A DNA stretch of 64,000 bases, from positions 1,824,001-1,888,000 of the forward strand of contig OY970178.1 in the NCBI GenBank assembly GCA_963707915.1, given 5' to 3'. The notes beneath the pieces were generated by a model. It was given only the letters and a program-made list of their open reading frames with translations. It did no database searches and was not told the DNA's origin. Source of the stretch: Candidatus Eiseniibacteriota bacterium. GTDB lineage: Bacteria; Eisenbacteria; RBG-16-71-46. This document shows positions 39,633-52,724 of the stretch, piece by piece (the first letter of the stretch is position 1; every line of letters begins with the position of its first letter). Both the position numbers and the translations under genes were made by a program.

Positions 39633-40580
39633 ATGAGCGAGACCTGGCAGAGCCTGCTGATGCGCGACCACGAGATCACCGAGAAGGTCTTCGCCGCCAT
39701 GGAGAAGCCCTTCGCCTCCGCCGCGGGGCCCCCACCCGGGCTGGTCGCCAGGTTCTTCGACTACGTCCACCACTACGTGGACCGCTGCCACAACCAGAAG
39801 GAGGAGCAGCACCTCTTCCCGCTCCTCGAGCAGCGCGGCATCTCACGCCAGAGCGGCCCGCTCGGCGTCATGCTGGCGGAGCACGAGGCGGCGCGCGGAC
39901 TGCTGGCCCGGCTCGAGCCGATGGTCCGGGCCTACGTGGCCGGCGACGCCACGGCACGCGAGGCCCTGTGCGCCACGTTCGGCGAGTACGTGGGGCTCTG
40001 CAAGGACCACTACTGGAAGGAGAACGACGTCCTCTTCCCGATGGCCGCGCGCGCGATGAGCGAGGCCGACGACGACGCGGTCGTGCGCGGCATCGGGCAG
40101 GTCGAGGCCGCGCTCGGCGCGAACACGCGGGCGGATTACTACCGGCTGGCGGAGGAGTTGATCCAGTCGGGCGGGTTGAAGGACCTCTCCTTCGGGATCG
40201 AGCGAGAGGTGCTCGCGGCCATCCTGAACACGCTGCCCGTCGAGCTATCCTTCGTGGACGCGGACGACACCGTTCGCTACTTCAGCCACGAGCAGGGCGA
40301 GAAGATCTTCCCGCGCACCCGCGGCGTGATCGGCGGGAAGGTACAGAACTGCCACCCGCAGAAGAGCGTGCACGTCGTGAACCAGATCCTGGCCGACTTC
40401 AAGGCCGGGAAGCGCGAGGTGGCGGAGTTCTGGCTGGAGCTGGGCCCGCGCTTCGTCCACATCCGCTACTGGCCGGTGCGCGACCCGGGCGGCCGCTACC
40501 TGGGCTGCCTCGAGACCGTGCAGGACGTCGCGTCCATCCGCGCTCTCACCGGGCGGAAGCTCCTGCTCGACCAGGGCTGA
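39633..40580 (+). CDS. Hemerythrin-like (HHE) + PAS domain protein
   Basis: DH, HNQKEE.LFP, EH, HYWKEN.LFP metal-ligand pattern; C-terminal LSFVD...FPRT...NCHP PAS_10-type domain; AGGAG RBS. Confidence 0.88.
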   Translation: MSETWQSLLMRDHEITEKVFAAMEKPFASAAGPPPGLVARFFDYVHHYVDRCHNQKEEQHLFPLLEQRGISRQSGPLGVMLAEHEAARGLLARLEPMVRAYVAGDATAREALCATFGEYVGLCKDHYWKENDVLFPMAARAMSEADDDAVVRGIGQVEAALGANTRADYYRLAEELIQSGGLKDLSFGIEREVLAAILNTLPVELSFVDADDTVRYFSHEQGEKIFPRTRGVIGGKVQNCHPQKSVHVVNQILADFKAGKREVAEFWLELGPRFVHIRYWPVRDPGGRYLGCLETVQDVASIRALTGRKLLLDQG

Positions 40581-40610
40581 GGCGGGCGGGGTCCCGCGGG
40601 CTCGTCTCTC

Positions 40611-43031
<2,421 letters not shown>

Positions 43032-43088
43032 GTCGGGATCGGTCCGGTGCGGGACCCCGCGCCGGAGAAGGCGCGGCGGGAACGACGA

Positions 43089-43120
43089 GACCCCGGGGGG
43101 GCCATCCCACCCCCGGGGTC
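43089..43120 (-). terminator. GC-rich hairpin downstream of tRNA-Asn
   Basis: GACCCCGGGGG-N10-CCCCCGGGGTC 11-bp stem; weak U-tract. Confidence 0.5.
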
Positions 43121-43161
43121 ACGCGCGGGAAGCGAACCGCCGAAGCCGGCGGAGTGGATTC

Positions 43162-43236
43162 TGGCTCCTCGGGTAGGATTCGAACCTACAACCCTCCGGT
43201 TAACAGCCGGATGCTCTACCATTGAGCTACCGAGGA
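43162..43236 (-). tRNA. tRNA-Asn (GTT)
   Basis: 75 nt: TCCTCGG acceptor stem, AGCTCAATGGTAGAGC D-arm, CTGTTAA anticodon loop, GGTTCGAATCC T-arm, encoded CCA. Confidence 0.97.
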
Positions 43237-43298
43237 ACGACATGGGCCCAGGGACCGGGAAGCCGCCCCGCGCCGCCTGAGTCGAAACGAGGCCAAGT

Positions 43299-43328
43299 AG
43301 TCTACTGAGCGGCGGCGTGCCGGGTCAA
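43299..43328 (-). promoter_or_regulatory. Sigma70-type promoter for tRNA-Asn
   Basis: TTGACC-N18-TAGACT on the minus strand. Confidence 0.6.
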
Positions 43329-43413
43329 GCGGGCCCGCCGGACGGCCCGGACGGCCCCCGTCCGCCCGCCGTCCGCCTCTCCGTGCCGCCCTCACGGGGC
43401 GAGGCCCTCACCC

Positions 43414-44067
43414 TCAGGCACTCTTGCGCTTCTCCGGGCAGATGGCCGGGTAGTGTGCGACGCGGCAGTCGGGACAGATCCCGTGGGTGAAGTCCGCCTG
43501 GCTCATCCGGGCGACGTACTCCTCGAGGGTGTGCCAGCTCCCCTCCGCGTCCCGGACCTTGCGGCAGAAGGCGCAGATCGGCAGCAGCTCGTGGCTGAGG
43601 CGCTCGACCTCGCTGCGGGCGCTCTGCAGCTCTGCGTTCGCGACCCGCAGCTCCTCGACGGTGCCGCGCAGCTCCTGGGAGAGGAGCACGATGCGCAGGC
43701 CGGCGCGCACGCGCGCCATGAGCTCGCCCTGGTCGCAGGGCTTCACCAGGTAGTCGTCGGCCCCGGTGTCCAGCGCCAGCAGCTTGTTGCTGATCTCGCC
43801 CTTCGCGGTGAGCAGGATGAAGTAGGGCGCGGCCTCCCGGAGACCGGTCTTGACCGACTGGCACAGCTCGAGTCCGTCCACCTCGGGCATCATCCAGTCC
43901 GAGATGACGAGGTCGGGCTCGAAGGACACGATGGCCTTCATGCCCTCCCGCCCGTCGCCGGCGGCGTACACCTGGTAGCCCTCGGCCTGCAGGCGCTTGG
44001 TCAGCACCCGCTGGAAGAACGGGTCGTCCTCGCACACCAGGACCTTGATCTCCGCCGCGGCTTTCAC
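43414..44067 (-). CDS. Response regulator with coiled coil and C-terminal Cys/His (putative Zn-binding) domain
   Basis: VCEDD, ISDWMMP, LVKP; LPICAFC...THGICPDC; GTGA overlap. Confidence 0.88.
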   Translation of the reverse strand: MKAAAEIKVLVCEDDPFFQRVLTKRLQAEGYQVYAAGDGREGMKAIVSFEPDLVISDWMMPEVDGLELCQSVKTGLREAAPYFILLTAKGEISNKLLALDTGADDYLVKPCDQGELMARVRAGLRIVLLSQELRGTVEELRVANAELQSARSEVERLSHELLPICAFCRKVRDAEGSWHTLEEYVARMSQADFTHGICPDCRVAHYPAICPEKRKSA

Positions 44068-44465
44068 GCGGCCTCCGGCAGGCAGGCCAGGACGCGCCGC
44101 ACGAACTCGGCGTGGTCCACGATCGGCTTCGCGACGTAGTCGTCGGCCCCGCTGTCGGCCATCAGCGACTCGGCGTCCCCGCGCATCGCGTGGGCGGTCG
44201 CCAGCACGACCGGGACGTGCGCCGTGACCGGGTCCCGCTTGAGCAGCTGGCAGATCTCCACGCCGGTGACGGCGCGGTTCTCCCAGCGCGAGTTGTTGAG
44301 GGAGACATCCATGATGACCAGGTCGACCGCGCCCGAGCGGCAGAGCCCGAGGATCTCCTCGACCGACTCGGTCAGCGTGACTTGGCAGCTGCAGCGCTTC
44401 TCGAGCAGCTTGCGGAAGAGCACCGCGCTGTGCGCATCGTCCTCGACCACCAGGACGCGCCTCAC
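44064..44465 (-). CDS. Single-domain response regulator (DivK-like)
   Basis: VVEDD, VIMDV, ATAHAM, VAKPI; GTGA overlap. Confidence 0.88.
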   Translation of the reverse strand: MRRVLVVEDDAHSAVLFRKLLEKRCSCQVTLTESVEEILGLCRSGAVDLVIMDVSLNNSRWENRAVTGVEICQLLKRDPVTAHVPVVLATAHAMRGDAESLMADSGADDYVAKPIVDHAEFVRRVLACLPEAA

Positions 44466-47400
44466 GCGGCCTCCTGCTGCGGCTCGGCGTCCGCCGCCGG
44501 CCCATCCGGCCGCCCCGTCGACTCGGCGGACACCTGCAGGTGCCAGTCGATGATGTGCGGCAGCAGCTGCGGGTTCTCGTGCACCGAGGACTTCGGCAGC
44601 ACGTCGAGCACGAGCCCCTCGCCGAGCAGGCGGCGCTCGTCCTCGTTGCGTGCCTCGGGGAAGTTCGTGAGCACGAGCACCGGCAGGTCCGGGGCGAGCC
44701 CGGCGAGCGTCATCTCGCGCAGCACGTCGTAGCCGCTGACCTCCGGCATCATCAGGTCGAGCAGCAGCAGGTCGAAGCCGCGGGGCTGCGTGCGCAGCAC
44801 GTGCAGGCATTCCTCGCCGTTCGCGGCCATCTCGATGTGGTAGCGGCTCTCGGGCAGGACCTTGCGGATGTAGGCGCCCACGGCCGGATCGTCATCGGCC
44901 ATCAACAGCCGCACGACGCGTCCATCTGTCGCGCCGATCAGCTCCCCGATCCGCTCGACCAGCACGCTCCCCTCCACCGGCTTCATCAGGTGCGCGGGCT
45001 GCCGCGCGAAGGCGGTGGCCTTGAGCTTCTCGGTCAGCTCGCCCGCGAACCCGGTGACGAACACCAGCGGGATGTGCCGCGTCTTCGAGTCGGCGGTCAG
45101 GCGCTCGGCCAGGTCCCAGCCGGTGCGCAGGCTGGCGTTCTCGCCGCAGGTCAACGCGTAGTCCAGGATGATGACCGACGGCCTCAGCCGCCGCGCCAGC
45201 ACCCAGCCGACCTCGGCGTTACGGGCCTCGACCGAGCGGTAGCCGTGCTTGTGGAGGACCGCGCTGAGGAAGTTGCGGAACACCGCGTCGTCCTCGACCA
45301 CCAGCACGAGCGGGCCGCCGACCGGGCCTTCGATCCGGTCGTCGTGGTCGCCCTCGGAGGGCCGCTCCTCCTCCTCGTCGTTCCAGACCGGCAGCGAGAA
45401 GTACATGCGAGCCCCGTGGCCGGGGCCCTCGCTCTGCACGCCGATGATGCCGCCCATCAACTCGACCAGGCTGCGCGTGATCGCCAGCCCCAGGCCGGTG
45501 CCGCCGTACTTGCGGGTCGTGCTGCCGTCCGCCTGCGTGAACTTCTCGAAGATGGCCTTCTGGCGGTCGGCGGGGATGCCGATGCCGGTGTCCACGACCT
45601 CGAACATGCAGTGGCCGAGCTCCACGTGCGGCACGGCGCGCACCGTGACCGAGCCCTTGGGCGTGAACTTGAGGCTGTTCCCCACCAGGTTGATGAGGAT
45701 CTGCTTGATCTTCCCGAAGTCGCCGCGCGCGCGGAAGTCGTTCTCCTGCGGCGGCTCGAACGCCAGCCGGATGCCCTTCTGCGCGGCCTGGACGTGGGTC
45801 AGGGTGTAGACCTCGTCGAACACCGCGCTGACGTCCACCGGCGTGATCTCGAGGCTGAGCTTGCCGGCCTCGATCTTCGCGATGTCCAGCACGTCGTTGA
45901 TGAGCCCGAGCAGGTGCCGCGAGCACTCCAGCGCCTGGCGCTGGAAGTCGCGCTCCTCCTCGGGGGAATCGCACATGCCGTCCAGCACGAGCTGGAGGAA
46001 CCCGATCATCCCGTTGAGCGGGGTGCGCAGCTCGTGGGAGGTGTTCGCGAGGAACTCGCTCTTGAGCCGCGACGCTTCCTCGAGCTGGGCGTTCAGCTCC
46101 TCGAGCCGGCGGTTGCTGGTCTCGAGGCTCCGGGCGGCCTCCTCGATGCGCCGCTCGTCCTCGACCCGCCGGCTGATGTCCCGCACGATGGCGGAGTAGA
46201 GGAAGTCCTCGCCCTCGCCCGAGCTGCCCAGGGCGAACTCCACCGGGCAGGTGTCCCCGTCGATCCGCATCGCCTCGGCCCGGACCACCTCGCCGATGAC
46301 GGGCAGGCCGGTCGTCGGCCGTCCGTCCTCGCTCCACGACAGGAACCGGTGGAGGGGCCGCCCCTCCATCTCGGCGGCCGGCCGGCCGAACAGCGCCTCG
46401 GCCGCCCGGTTCACCGTGCGCACCAGGCCGCCGCGGTCGAAGGTGACGATGGTGTCGAAGGCGGTGTCGAACACCGCCCGCACGCGTTCGGCGTGGCGCT
46501 GCGTGACCTCCAGCTCGCGCCGCGCCAGCCCCGACTGGTACTGGCGGCGCCAGAACCATAGCGCGCCCGCGCTGAGGACCAGCAGGGCGAGGTCGAAGGC
46601 CAGCAGCCCGTAGAGCGTGACTCCCATGCCCTGCACGAGGTCGCTCCGGTCGACCTGCCCGACGATCCCCCAGCCCAGGTCGGGCATGAAGCGCGTGACC
46701 ACCGCCTTCGGACTCCCCTGCCGGTCGGGCAGGATGAGGGCGGACTCGACACCCTCCACCGCCATCGCGGCGGGGCGGACGAAACGGGCCGATTCCGCGA
46801 CCCGTTCGCCGGCCCGCAGGCCGTAGCTTTCCGGCGGCGCGGTCAGGAACTGCACCGCGCGGCCCTGCTTCCGCACGAGGTACGCGCCCGCGGTGGGGCC
46901 GAATCCCGGCCAGCGTTCCAGCACCGGCAGGAGCGCCTGGCTCGCGTTGAGCTCGAACGCCACGACGGCCACCACGTCGGCACCCGCGTCGCGGACCGGC
47001 AACGCGAGGGTCAGGGCCTGCTGTCCGGTGTCCTCCAGCCAGGCGTCGATGACGACGGGCTCGGTGGTCGCCACGATCTGCCGGGCGAGCCCGGCGAAGC
47101 GCTGGCCCCCTTCGCGGGCCTCCTCGCTGGGCAGGAGCCAGCGGCCGCGGGGATCGAGCACCTCGATGGCGTGGAACCCGAAGAGCGTCTCGGCGCGGTC
47201 GAGCTCCCGGCGCAACGCGGCCCGCTGGGCCGGCGACGCGCCGCGCGGCAGGGCGAGCAGTGCCGCCCGGTTCCCGGGCTGCTCCAGGACCGACCGCGCC
47301 TCGCTGGTGAAGCGCGCGACCAGGTCGTGGACCTGGTCACGCCGCATTTCGGTGTTGATGGTGAGCTGGTCCCAGCGCTGGCGGACCAGGTGCCCCTGCG

Positions 47401-47611
47401 CGCTCTGGTAGATGCCGACATTGAGCACGACCACGGCGAGCACCGCCAGGACCGCGAGCCCCGCGGCGATGCGACGGGAGTCGCGCCGGCCGCGGGGATC
47501 CCCGCCGGGCACCGGGGCGGAGGCGTCTCCAGCGGTGAGCGCGAAGTCGAGGGGTGGCGACGCAGGCCGGCCCTCGGCCCACCTCCTTGTGCTCCGTCTC
47601 TCAGGATCCAT
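44462..47611 (-). CDS. Membrane hybrid sensor kinase (TM-periplasmic-TM-PAS-HisKA-HATPase-REC-REC)
   Basis: FLANTSHELRTPLNG, NSLKFT, GGTGLGL, two receivers; start uncertain. Confidence 0.92.
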   Translation of the reverse strand: MDPERRSTRRWAEGRPASPPLDFALTAGDASAPVPGGDPRGRRDSRRIAAGLAVLAVLAVVVLNVGIYQSAQGHLVRQRWDQLTINTEMRRDQVHDLVARFTSEARSVLEQPGNRAALLALPRGASPAQRAALRRELDRAETLFGFHAIEVLDPRGRWLLPSEEAREGGQRFAGLARQIVATTEPVVIDAWLEDTGQQALTLALPVRDAGADVVAVVAFELNASQALLPVLERWPGFGPTAGAYLVRKQGRAVQFLTAPPESYGLRAGERVAESARFVRPAAMAVEGVESALILPDRQGSPKAVVTRFMPDLGWGIVGQVDRSDLVQGMGVTLYGLLAFDLALLVLSAGALWFWRRQYQSGLARRELEVTQRHAERVRAVFDTAFDTIVTFDRGGLVRTVNRAAEALFGRPAAEMEGRPLHRFLSWSEDGRPTTGLPVIGEVVRAEAMRIDGDTCPVEFALGSSGEGEDFLYSAIVRDISRRVEDERRIEEAARSLETSNRRLEELNAQLEEASRLKSEFLANTSHELRTPLNGMIGFLQLVLDGMCDSPEEERDFQRQALECSRHLLGLINDVLDIAKIEAGKLSLEITPVDVSAVFDEVYTLTHVQAAQKGIRLAFEPPQENDFRARGDFGKIKQILINLVGNSLKFTPKGSVTVRAVPHVELGHCMFEVVDTGIGIPADRQKAIFEKFTQADGSTTRKYGGTGLGLAITRSLVELMGGIIGVQSEGPGHGARMYFSLPVWNDEEEERPSEGDHDDRIEGPVGGPLVLVVEDDAVFRNFLSAVLHKHGYRSVEARNAEVGWVLARRLRPSVIILDYALTCGENASLRTGWDLAERLTADSKTRHIPLVFVTGFAGELTEKLKATAFARQPAHLMKPVEGSVLVERIGELIGATDGRVVRLLMADDDPAVGAYIRKVLPESRYHIEMAANGEECLHVLRTQPRGFDLLLLDLMMPEVSGYDVLREMTLAGLAPDLPVLVLTNFPEARNEDERRLLGEGLVLDVLPKSSVHENPQLLPHIIDWHLQVSAESTGRPDGPAADAEPQQEAA

Positions 47612-47796
47612 GTCTCACCAGGGTAAGGGGTTGGAAACCTCCTTACCGTCATCGGCCCGGACCCCCGCGGGCTTGAGTCGGAATCGGGGCCCCGGGCCGA
47701 CGGCGAGCGCTGGGACCGGCGCGCGCCGGCCGGCGCACGGGGCGGCAACCGGCTGGCGGGCAGCCGCTTGCCGTCCCGGCCGGGTGGCGCCGCCGC

Positions 47797-49668
47797 CTAC
47801 CCCCGCTGCCAGTACTTGGGGCGGTGGACCGCCTGCAACACGCGCTTGCGCATCCTCAGGCTGGTCGGCGTGACCTCGAGCAGTTCGTCCTCGCGGACCC
47901 ACTCGAGCGCGTCCTCGAGCGACTTCCGGTGCACCGGGAAGAGGTGCACGCTCTCGTCGGCGGTGGAGGAGCGCATGTTGGTGAGCTTCTTCTCCTTCAC
48001 GATGTTGACGTCGATGTCCTCCTCGCGCGGGTTCTCGCCCACGATCATCCCCTCGTAGACGCGCTCGCCGGGCTCGACGAACATCTCGCCCCGGTCCTGC
48101 ACGTGCTCCAGTGCGTAGGCCGTGACCTTGCCGGCGCGGTCGGAGACCAGCGCGCCGGTCACCCGGTGCGGGATCTCCCCCGCCCACGGCTCGTAGCCGT
48201 CGAACAGGTGGTTGAGCAGGCCCGTCCCGCGCGTGTCGGTGAGGAACTGGTTGCGGAAGCCGATGAGCCCGCGCGAGGGGATGTGGAACTCCAGGCGGAC
48301 GCGCCCGGTGCCGTGATTGACCATGTTGGTCATGCGGCCGCGGCGCGTCCCCATCTTCTGGGTCACCACGCCGATGTACTCCTCCGGGCAGTCGATGACC
48401 AGCTTCTCGAAGGGCTCGTGGCGCGCGCCGTCGATCTCGCGCGTGATGACCTCGGGCTTGCTCGCCGCCAGCTCGAAGCCCTCCCGCCGCATCATCTCGA
48501 TGAGGATGGCCATCTGGAACTCGCCCCGCCCCGACACCTTGAAGGAGTCCGGCGTGTCGGTCGGCTCGATCCGCAGGCTCACGTTGGTCAGCAGCTCCCG
48601 CTCGAGGCGCTCCTTGAGGTTGCGCGAGGTGACGTAGCGGCCCTCCTGGCCCGCGAACGGCGAGGTGTTGACCTGGAACATCATGCTCACCGTGGGCTCG
48701 TCGATGACGACGTGCGGCAGCGGCCGCGGGTTCTCGGCGTCGGTGATGGTCTCGCCGATGTTGACCACGGAGAATCCCGCCAGCGCCACGATGTCCCCCG
48801 GCCCCGCCGTCTCGACCTCGGTCCGCTCGAGGCCCTCGTAGACATAGAGATTCGTCACCCGGGCCCGCTCGGCCTGCCCGTCCAGCCGCACCAGCGCCAC
48901 GTCCTGGCGCGCCGACACGGTCCCGTTCACGATGCGGCCGATGGCCAGGCGCCCGACGTAGTCGGAGTAGTCGAGGTTCAGCACGAGCATCTGCAACGGC
49001 GCCTCGGGCTCGTAGTTCGGCGCCGGGATGGTGCGCATGATCTCCTCGAACAGCGGCTTCAGCGGGAGGTCCTCGCCGTCCGGCTTGAGCCGGCAGATGC
49101 CGTCGCGGGCGATGGTGTAGAGCACCGGGAAGTCGAGCTGGTCCTCGGCGGCGTCGAGGTCGATGAACAGGTCGTAGACCTCGCTCAGCACCTCGTTCGG
49201 GCGCGCGTCCTTGCGGTCGATCTTGTTGATGACCACGATCGGCGGCAGCCCCAGCTCGAGGGCCTTGCGCAGCACGAAGCGCGTCTGCGGCAGCGGGCCC
49301 TCGCTGGCGTCCACCAGCAGCAGCACGCCGTCGACCATCTTGAGCGTGCGCTCCACCTCGCCGCCGAAGTCGGCGTGCCCCGGCGTGTCCACGATGTTGA
49401 TCTTGGTGGACCCGAAACGCACGGCGGTGTTCTTCGCCAGGATGGTGATGCCGCGTTCGCGCTCGAGGTCGTTCGAGTCCATCACCCGCTCCACGACCTC
49501 CTCGTTCTCGCGGAACACACCGCTCTGCCAGAGCATGGCGTCCACCAGCGTGGTCTTGCCGTGGTCCACGTGGGCGATGATGGCGATGTTGCGCAGGTCC
49601 TGGCGCACGGCGAGGCCGGCCACCGGGGTCTTGCCGCGCGCGTCGCGCGGCTTCACAGGCTTGGTCAT
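47797..49668 (-). CDS. typA: Translational GTPase TypA/BipA
   Basis: [35 protein letters not shown]. Confidence 0.97.
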   Translation of the reverse strand: MTKPVKPRDARGKTPVAGLAVRQDLRNIAIIAHVDHGKTTLVDAMLWQSGVFRENEEVVERVMDSNDLERERGITILAKNTAVRFGSTKINIVDTPGHADFGGEVERTLKMVDGVLLLVDASEGPLPQTRFVLRKALELGLPPIVVINKIDRKDARPNEVLSEVYDLFIDLDAAEDQLDFPVLYTIARDGICRLKPDGEDLPLKPLFEEIMRTIPAPNYEPEAPLQMLVLNLDYSDYVGRLAIGRIVNGTVSARQDVALVRLDGQAERARVTNLYVYEGLERTEVETAGPGDIVALAGFSVVNIGETITDAENPRPLPHVVIDEPTVSMMFQVNTSPFAGQEGRYVTSRNLKERLERELLTNVSLRIEPTDTPDSFKVSGRGEFQMAILIEMMRREGFELAASKPEVITREIDGARHEPFEKLVIDCPEEYIGVVTQKMGTRRGRMTNMVNHGTGRVRLEFHIPSRGLIGFRNQFLTDTRGTGLLNHLFDGYEPWAGEIPHRVTGALVSDRAGKVTAYALEHVQDRGEMFVEPGERVYEGMIVGENPREEDIDVNIVKEKKLTNMRSSTADESVHLFPVHRKSLEDALEWVREDELLEVTPTSLRMRKRVLQAVHRPKYWQRG

Positions 49669-50966
49669 CGTGACCCCTTGGAGGGGAGCGCCGCAGGCGG
49701 CCTCCCGAGGAAGCCGAAGAGCGCGTCCCAGTAGCCGGCGCGCCCGTCGAGGGAATCGTAGGAGTAGAGCGCGAGCGTGCGGTAACCGAGCTCGATCGCG
49801 CCCTTGATCTTCGCGGCGGTCGCCGCGGCGCTGGAATTGAAGACGGCGATCCCCGGCACGACGCGCTCCGTGCCGGGATCGGAGGAATAGGCCAGCATCT
49901 GCGCGAGCACGGTCTGCACCCCGGGCGCGTAGCACATCACGAACGCGCGATCGAGCAGGCCCTCGCGCACCCAGGCGCGCCAATCCTGGGCGTGTCCGCG
50001 CTCCGCCGAGACCGTGTCCGCCAGCACCGCGGCGCTGAGCGCGAGGCCCGGGCGGCTGCGCTCGAGCGAGTCGCGCACCCCGCGCACGACGGCCGTGATC
50101 TGCGCGCGCTGGAACGCCGTCCAGGCCGAGTCGAGCGCCGCGCGCCGGGCCGGCGCCTCCCGCCCGAAGCGCGCCGGGTCGGCACCCTGCTCGAGCGCGA
50201 AGATCGCGCGGGCGTTCGCGTCGAGCCCGGCGAAGGCGCCGGGCTCCCGGATGTAGTCGAGGTGGATCCCGTCCACGGCGTAGCGCGTGGCGATCTCACG
50301 CGCGATCGAGGCGATCCAGGCACGCACCGCAGGGCGCGTCGGGCTCAGGTAGACGCCCTCGACCCCCAGCCGGGCGCGCTCCCGCGCGCTCAGCCGGGTC
50401 ATCGGACGGCCGTCGGGCAGGTGCGCCACCCAGTCGGGGTGCGCGTTCAGCACGTGCCGCGGGTCGCGCGGCGGGGCGGGCGCCGACCATACCAGCACGC
50501 AGTTCATCCAGGCGTGGACCTCGAGGCCGGCCGCGTGCGCCCGCTCCAGCACGAGCGCGAGCGGATCGAAGTCCGACCGGTCCAGCGCCTCGGAGCGCGG
50601 CAGCAGGTCGGAGCGGTAGAAGGCGTCGCCGCGACCCACGACCTGCACCAGGAGCCCGCGCACGCCGGCCGCGCTGGCGCGCGTCACCAGGCGCCCGATG
50701 GCGGCGCTGTCGAGCAGCGCGGAGCGCGTGACCCAGAGGTAGTCCACCCACGGGGCGCGCCGGACGACGGAGTCGGCAGCGGCCACCGCGTCCCCCGGCG
50801 AGACCGGGTCGGCGCCGGGCGCGGAGGACGCCACCGTGTCGGGGGTGCTCGCGGCGCCGGTGCGCGGCGTCACGACCACCGCGCCGTCCCCCGGCGGGCC
50901 GGCGGCCGCGCCGGCGGTCACGCCGGCGAGGTCCAGGGCGAGGGCCAGGGCAAGGAGCGGGAACAT
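49665..50966 (-). CDS. Secreted GHL10 (YddW/DigH-like) glycoside hydrolase
   Basis: Signal peptide; [33 protein letters not shown] motifs. Confidence 0.82.
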   Translation of the reverse strand: MFPLLALALALDLAGVTAGAAAGPPGDGAVVVTPRTGAASTPDTVASSAPGADPVSPGDAVAAADSVVRRAPWVDYLWVTRSALLDSAAIGRLVTRASAAGVRGLLVQVVGRGDAFYRSDLLPRSEALDRSDFDPLALVLERAHAAGLEVHAWMNCVLVWSAPAPPRDPRHVLNAHPDWVAHLPDGRPMTRLSARERARLGVEGVYLSPTRPAVRAWIASIAREIATRYAVDGIHLDYIREPGAFAGLDANARAIFALEQGADPARFGREAPARRAALDSAWTAFQRAQITAVVRGVRDSLERSRPGLALSAAVLADTVSAERGHAQDWRAWVREGLLDRAFVMCYAPGVQTVLAQMLAYSSDPGTERVVPGIAVFNSSAAATAAKIKGAIELGYRTLALYSYDSLDGRAGYWDALFGFLGRPPAALPSKGSR

Positions 50967-51066
50967 GGATCGCGGGGATCGCGGAGCGCCGTCGCGGCCG
51001 GCGCGCGAACGCGGGCGGATGGGAACTCCTCCGCCCGCGCGCTCCAGCCTCGGGATGCGGGCGGCG

Positions 51067-51642
51067 CTATCCGGTCTTGACCCCGGTGCGCGTGCGCTTC
51101 TTCGCCGGGGCCACGGGAGCGCCTTCTTCGCGACGCCGTCCGCCCCGCTTGGTCTTCTCCTCGGCACTCGCTTCCTCGTCCTTGTCCTCGGCCTTCTTCG
51201 TCTTCTTCTTCTCGCCGCCCTTGAGGGCCTTCTCCCGGGCCTCCGCCGCGGCGATGCGATCCTTGCGCTCCGTCTCCTTCTGCTCGGTGGTCTTCACCAG
51301 CTCGAGGTAGGCGGTCTCACCGGCGTCGCCCAGCCGACGGCCGATCCGCACGATGCGCGTGTAGCCGCCCTGGCGCTCCTCGTACCAGGGCGCGATCGTG
51401 GCGAACAGCTTCGCGGTGACCGCGGGCCGCATCACGAAACGCGCGACGTGACGGCGCGCCGCCAGGTCGCCGCGCTTGGCGAAGGTGATCAGGCGCTCGG
51501 CCAGCCGCCGCGATTCCTTGGCCTTCGCGACGGTGGTCTCGATGCGCTCGTACTGGAACAACGCCGTGACGAGGTTGCGCAGCACCGCGCGCCGGTGGGA
51601 CGCCGTGCGGCTCAGCTTGCGATGGTCTTTACGGTGTCGCAT
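51067..51642 (-). CDS. rplQ: 50S ribosomal protein L17 (charged C-terminal extension)
   Basis: MRHRK...LSRTASHR, IETTVAKAK, GGYTRI. Confidence 0.97.
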   Translation of the reverse strand: MRHRKDHRKLSRTASHRRAVLRNLVTALFQYERIETTVAKAKESRRLAERLITFAKRGDLAARRHVARFVMRPAVTAKLFATIAPWYEERQGGYTRIVRIGRRLGDAGETAYLELVKTTEQKETERKDRIAAAEAREKALKGGEKKKTKKAEDKDEEASAEEKTKRGGRRREEGAPVAPAKKRTRTGVKTG

Positions 51643-51698
51643 GTCAGTCCGATTCCCTTTCGACCGGCCGCGCCGGCCGCGTCATCCCGCAGGCCCGG

Positions 51699-52694
51699 TC
51701 AGCCCTCGACTGTCGTCGGCGTCTTGTGCTGATAGTACGGGGTCACGTCCATGCCGAAGGACAGCCCGCTCTCGGCCAGCAGGTCCTGGATCTCCTTCAG
51801 GGACTTGCGGCCGAAGTTGCGGTACTTGAGCATCTCCGATTCGGTCTTCTGGACCAGGTCCCCGATGGACTTGATCTCGGCAGCGCGCAAGCAGTTGCTC
51901 GAGCGCACCGACAACTCCAATTCCTCGACGTTCTTGTTCAGCTGGGTGAGCATGCGGGCGACCTGCGGATCGTCCGGCTCGTCACCCTCCATCTCGATCG
52001 GCTCCTCGAAGCGGATGAACATGTCGAAGTGGTCCCGCAGCAGCTTCGCCGCCCAGGCGACCGCGTCCGCCGGAAGGATGCCCTGGTCGGTCCACACCTC
52101 GAGGGTCAGCTTGTCGTAGTCGATACGCTGCCCGACGCGCGTGGCCTCGACCTGGTAGTTCACCTTGGTGACCGGCGAGAACAGCGAATCGATCGGGATC
52201 ACGCCGATGGGCCGGTCCGCCTGGGAGTGCGAATCGGCGGAAGCGTAGCCGCGGCCGCCGTTCAGGTCCACTTCCATGCGCAGATCGCCGTCCCGGTTCA
52301 GGGTGGCGATGTGGAGGTCGGGATTGAGGATCTCGACGTCCGCGTCCGCCTTCATGTCGGAGGCCTTCACGTCGCGCTTGCCGCTCACCTCGAAGATGCC
52401 CTTCTTCGGGCCGTCCCCGTGGAGCTTCAGGCGCACCTGCTTGAGGTTGAGGATGATCTCCGTCACGTCCTCGATCACGCCGGGCAGGGTCGAGAACTCG
52501 TGGAGCACGCCCTCGATGCGCACGGCGGTGATCGCCGCGCCCTGCAGGGACGAGAGCAGCACACGCCGGAGGGAATTGCCCAGCGTGATCCCGAACCCCC
52601 GCTCCAGCGGCTCGATGACGAACTTTCCGTACCCGGTAGTATTGCCGGGATCCGCGACCACCTGTTTCGGCATGGTCAGATTCTTCCACTTCAT
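51699..52694 (-). CDS. rpoA: RNA polymerase alpha subunit
   Basis: [38 protein letters not shown]. Confidence 0.98.
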   Translation of the reverse strand: MKWKNLTMPKQVVADPGNTTGYGKFVIEPLERGFGITLGNSLRRVLLSSLQGAAITAVRIEGVLHEFSTLPGVIEDVTEIILNLKQVRLKLHGDGPKKGIFEVSGKRDVKASDMKADADVEILNPDLHIATLNRDGDLRMEVDLNGGRGYASADSHSQADRPIGVIPIDSLFSPVTKVNYQVEATRVGQRIDYDKLTLEVWTDQGILPADAVAWAAKLLRDHFDMFIRFEEPIEMEGDEPDDPQVARMLTQLNKNVEELELSVRSSNCLRAAEIKSIGDLVQKTESEMLKYRNFGRKSLKEIQDLLAESGLSFGMDVTPYYQHKTPTTVEG

Positions 52695-52724
52695 CAGGGA
52701 GCCCCCCAGAGGAGAAGGCGTGGG

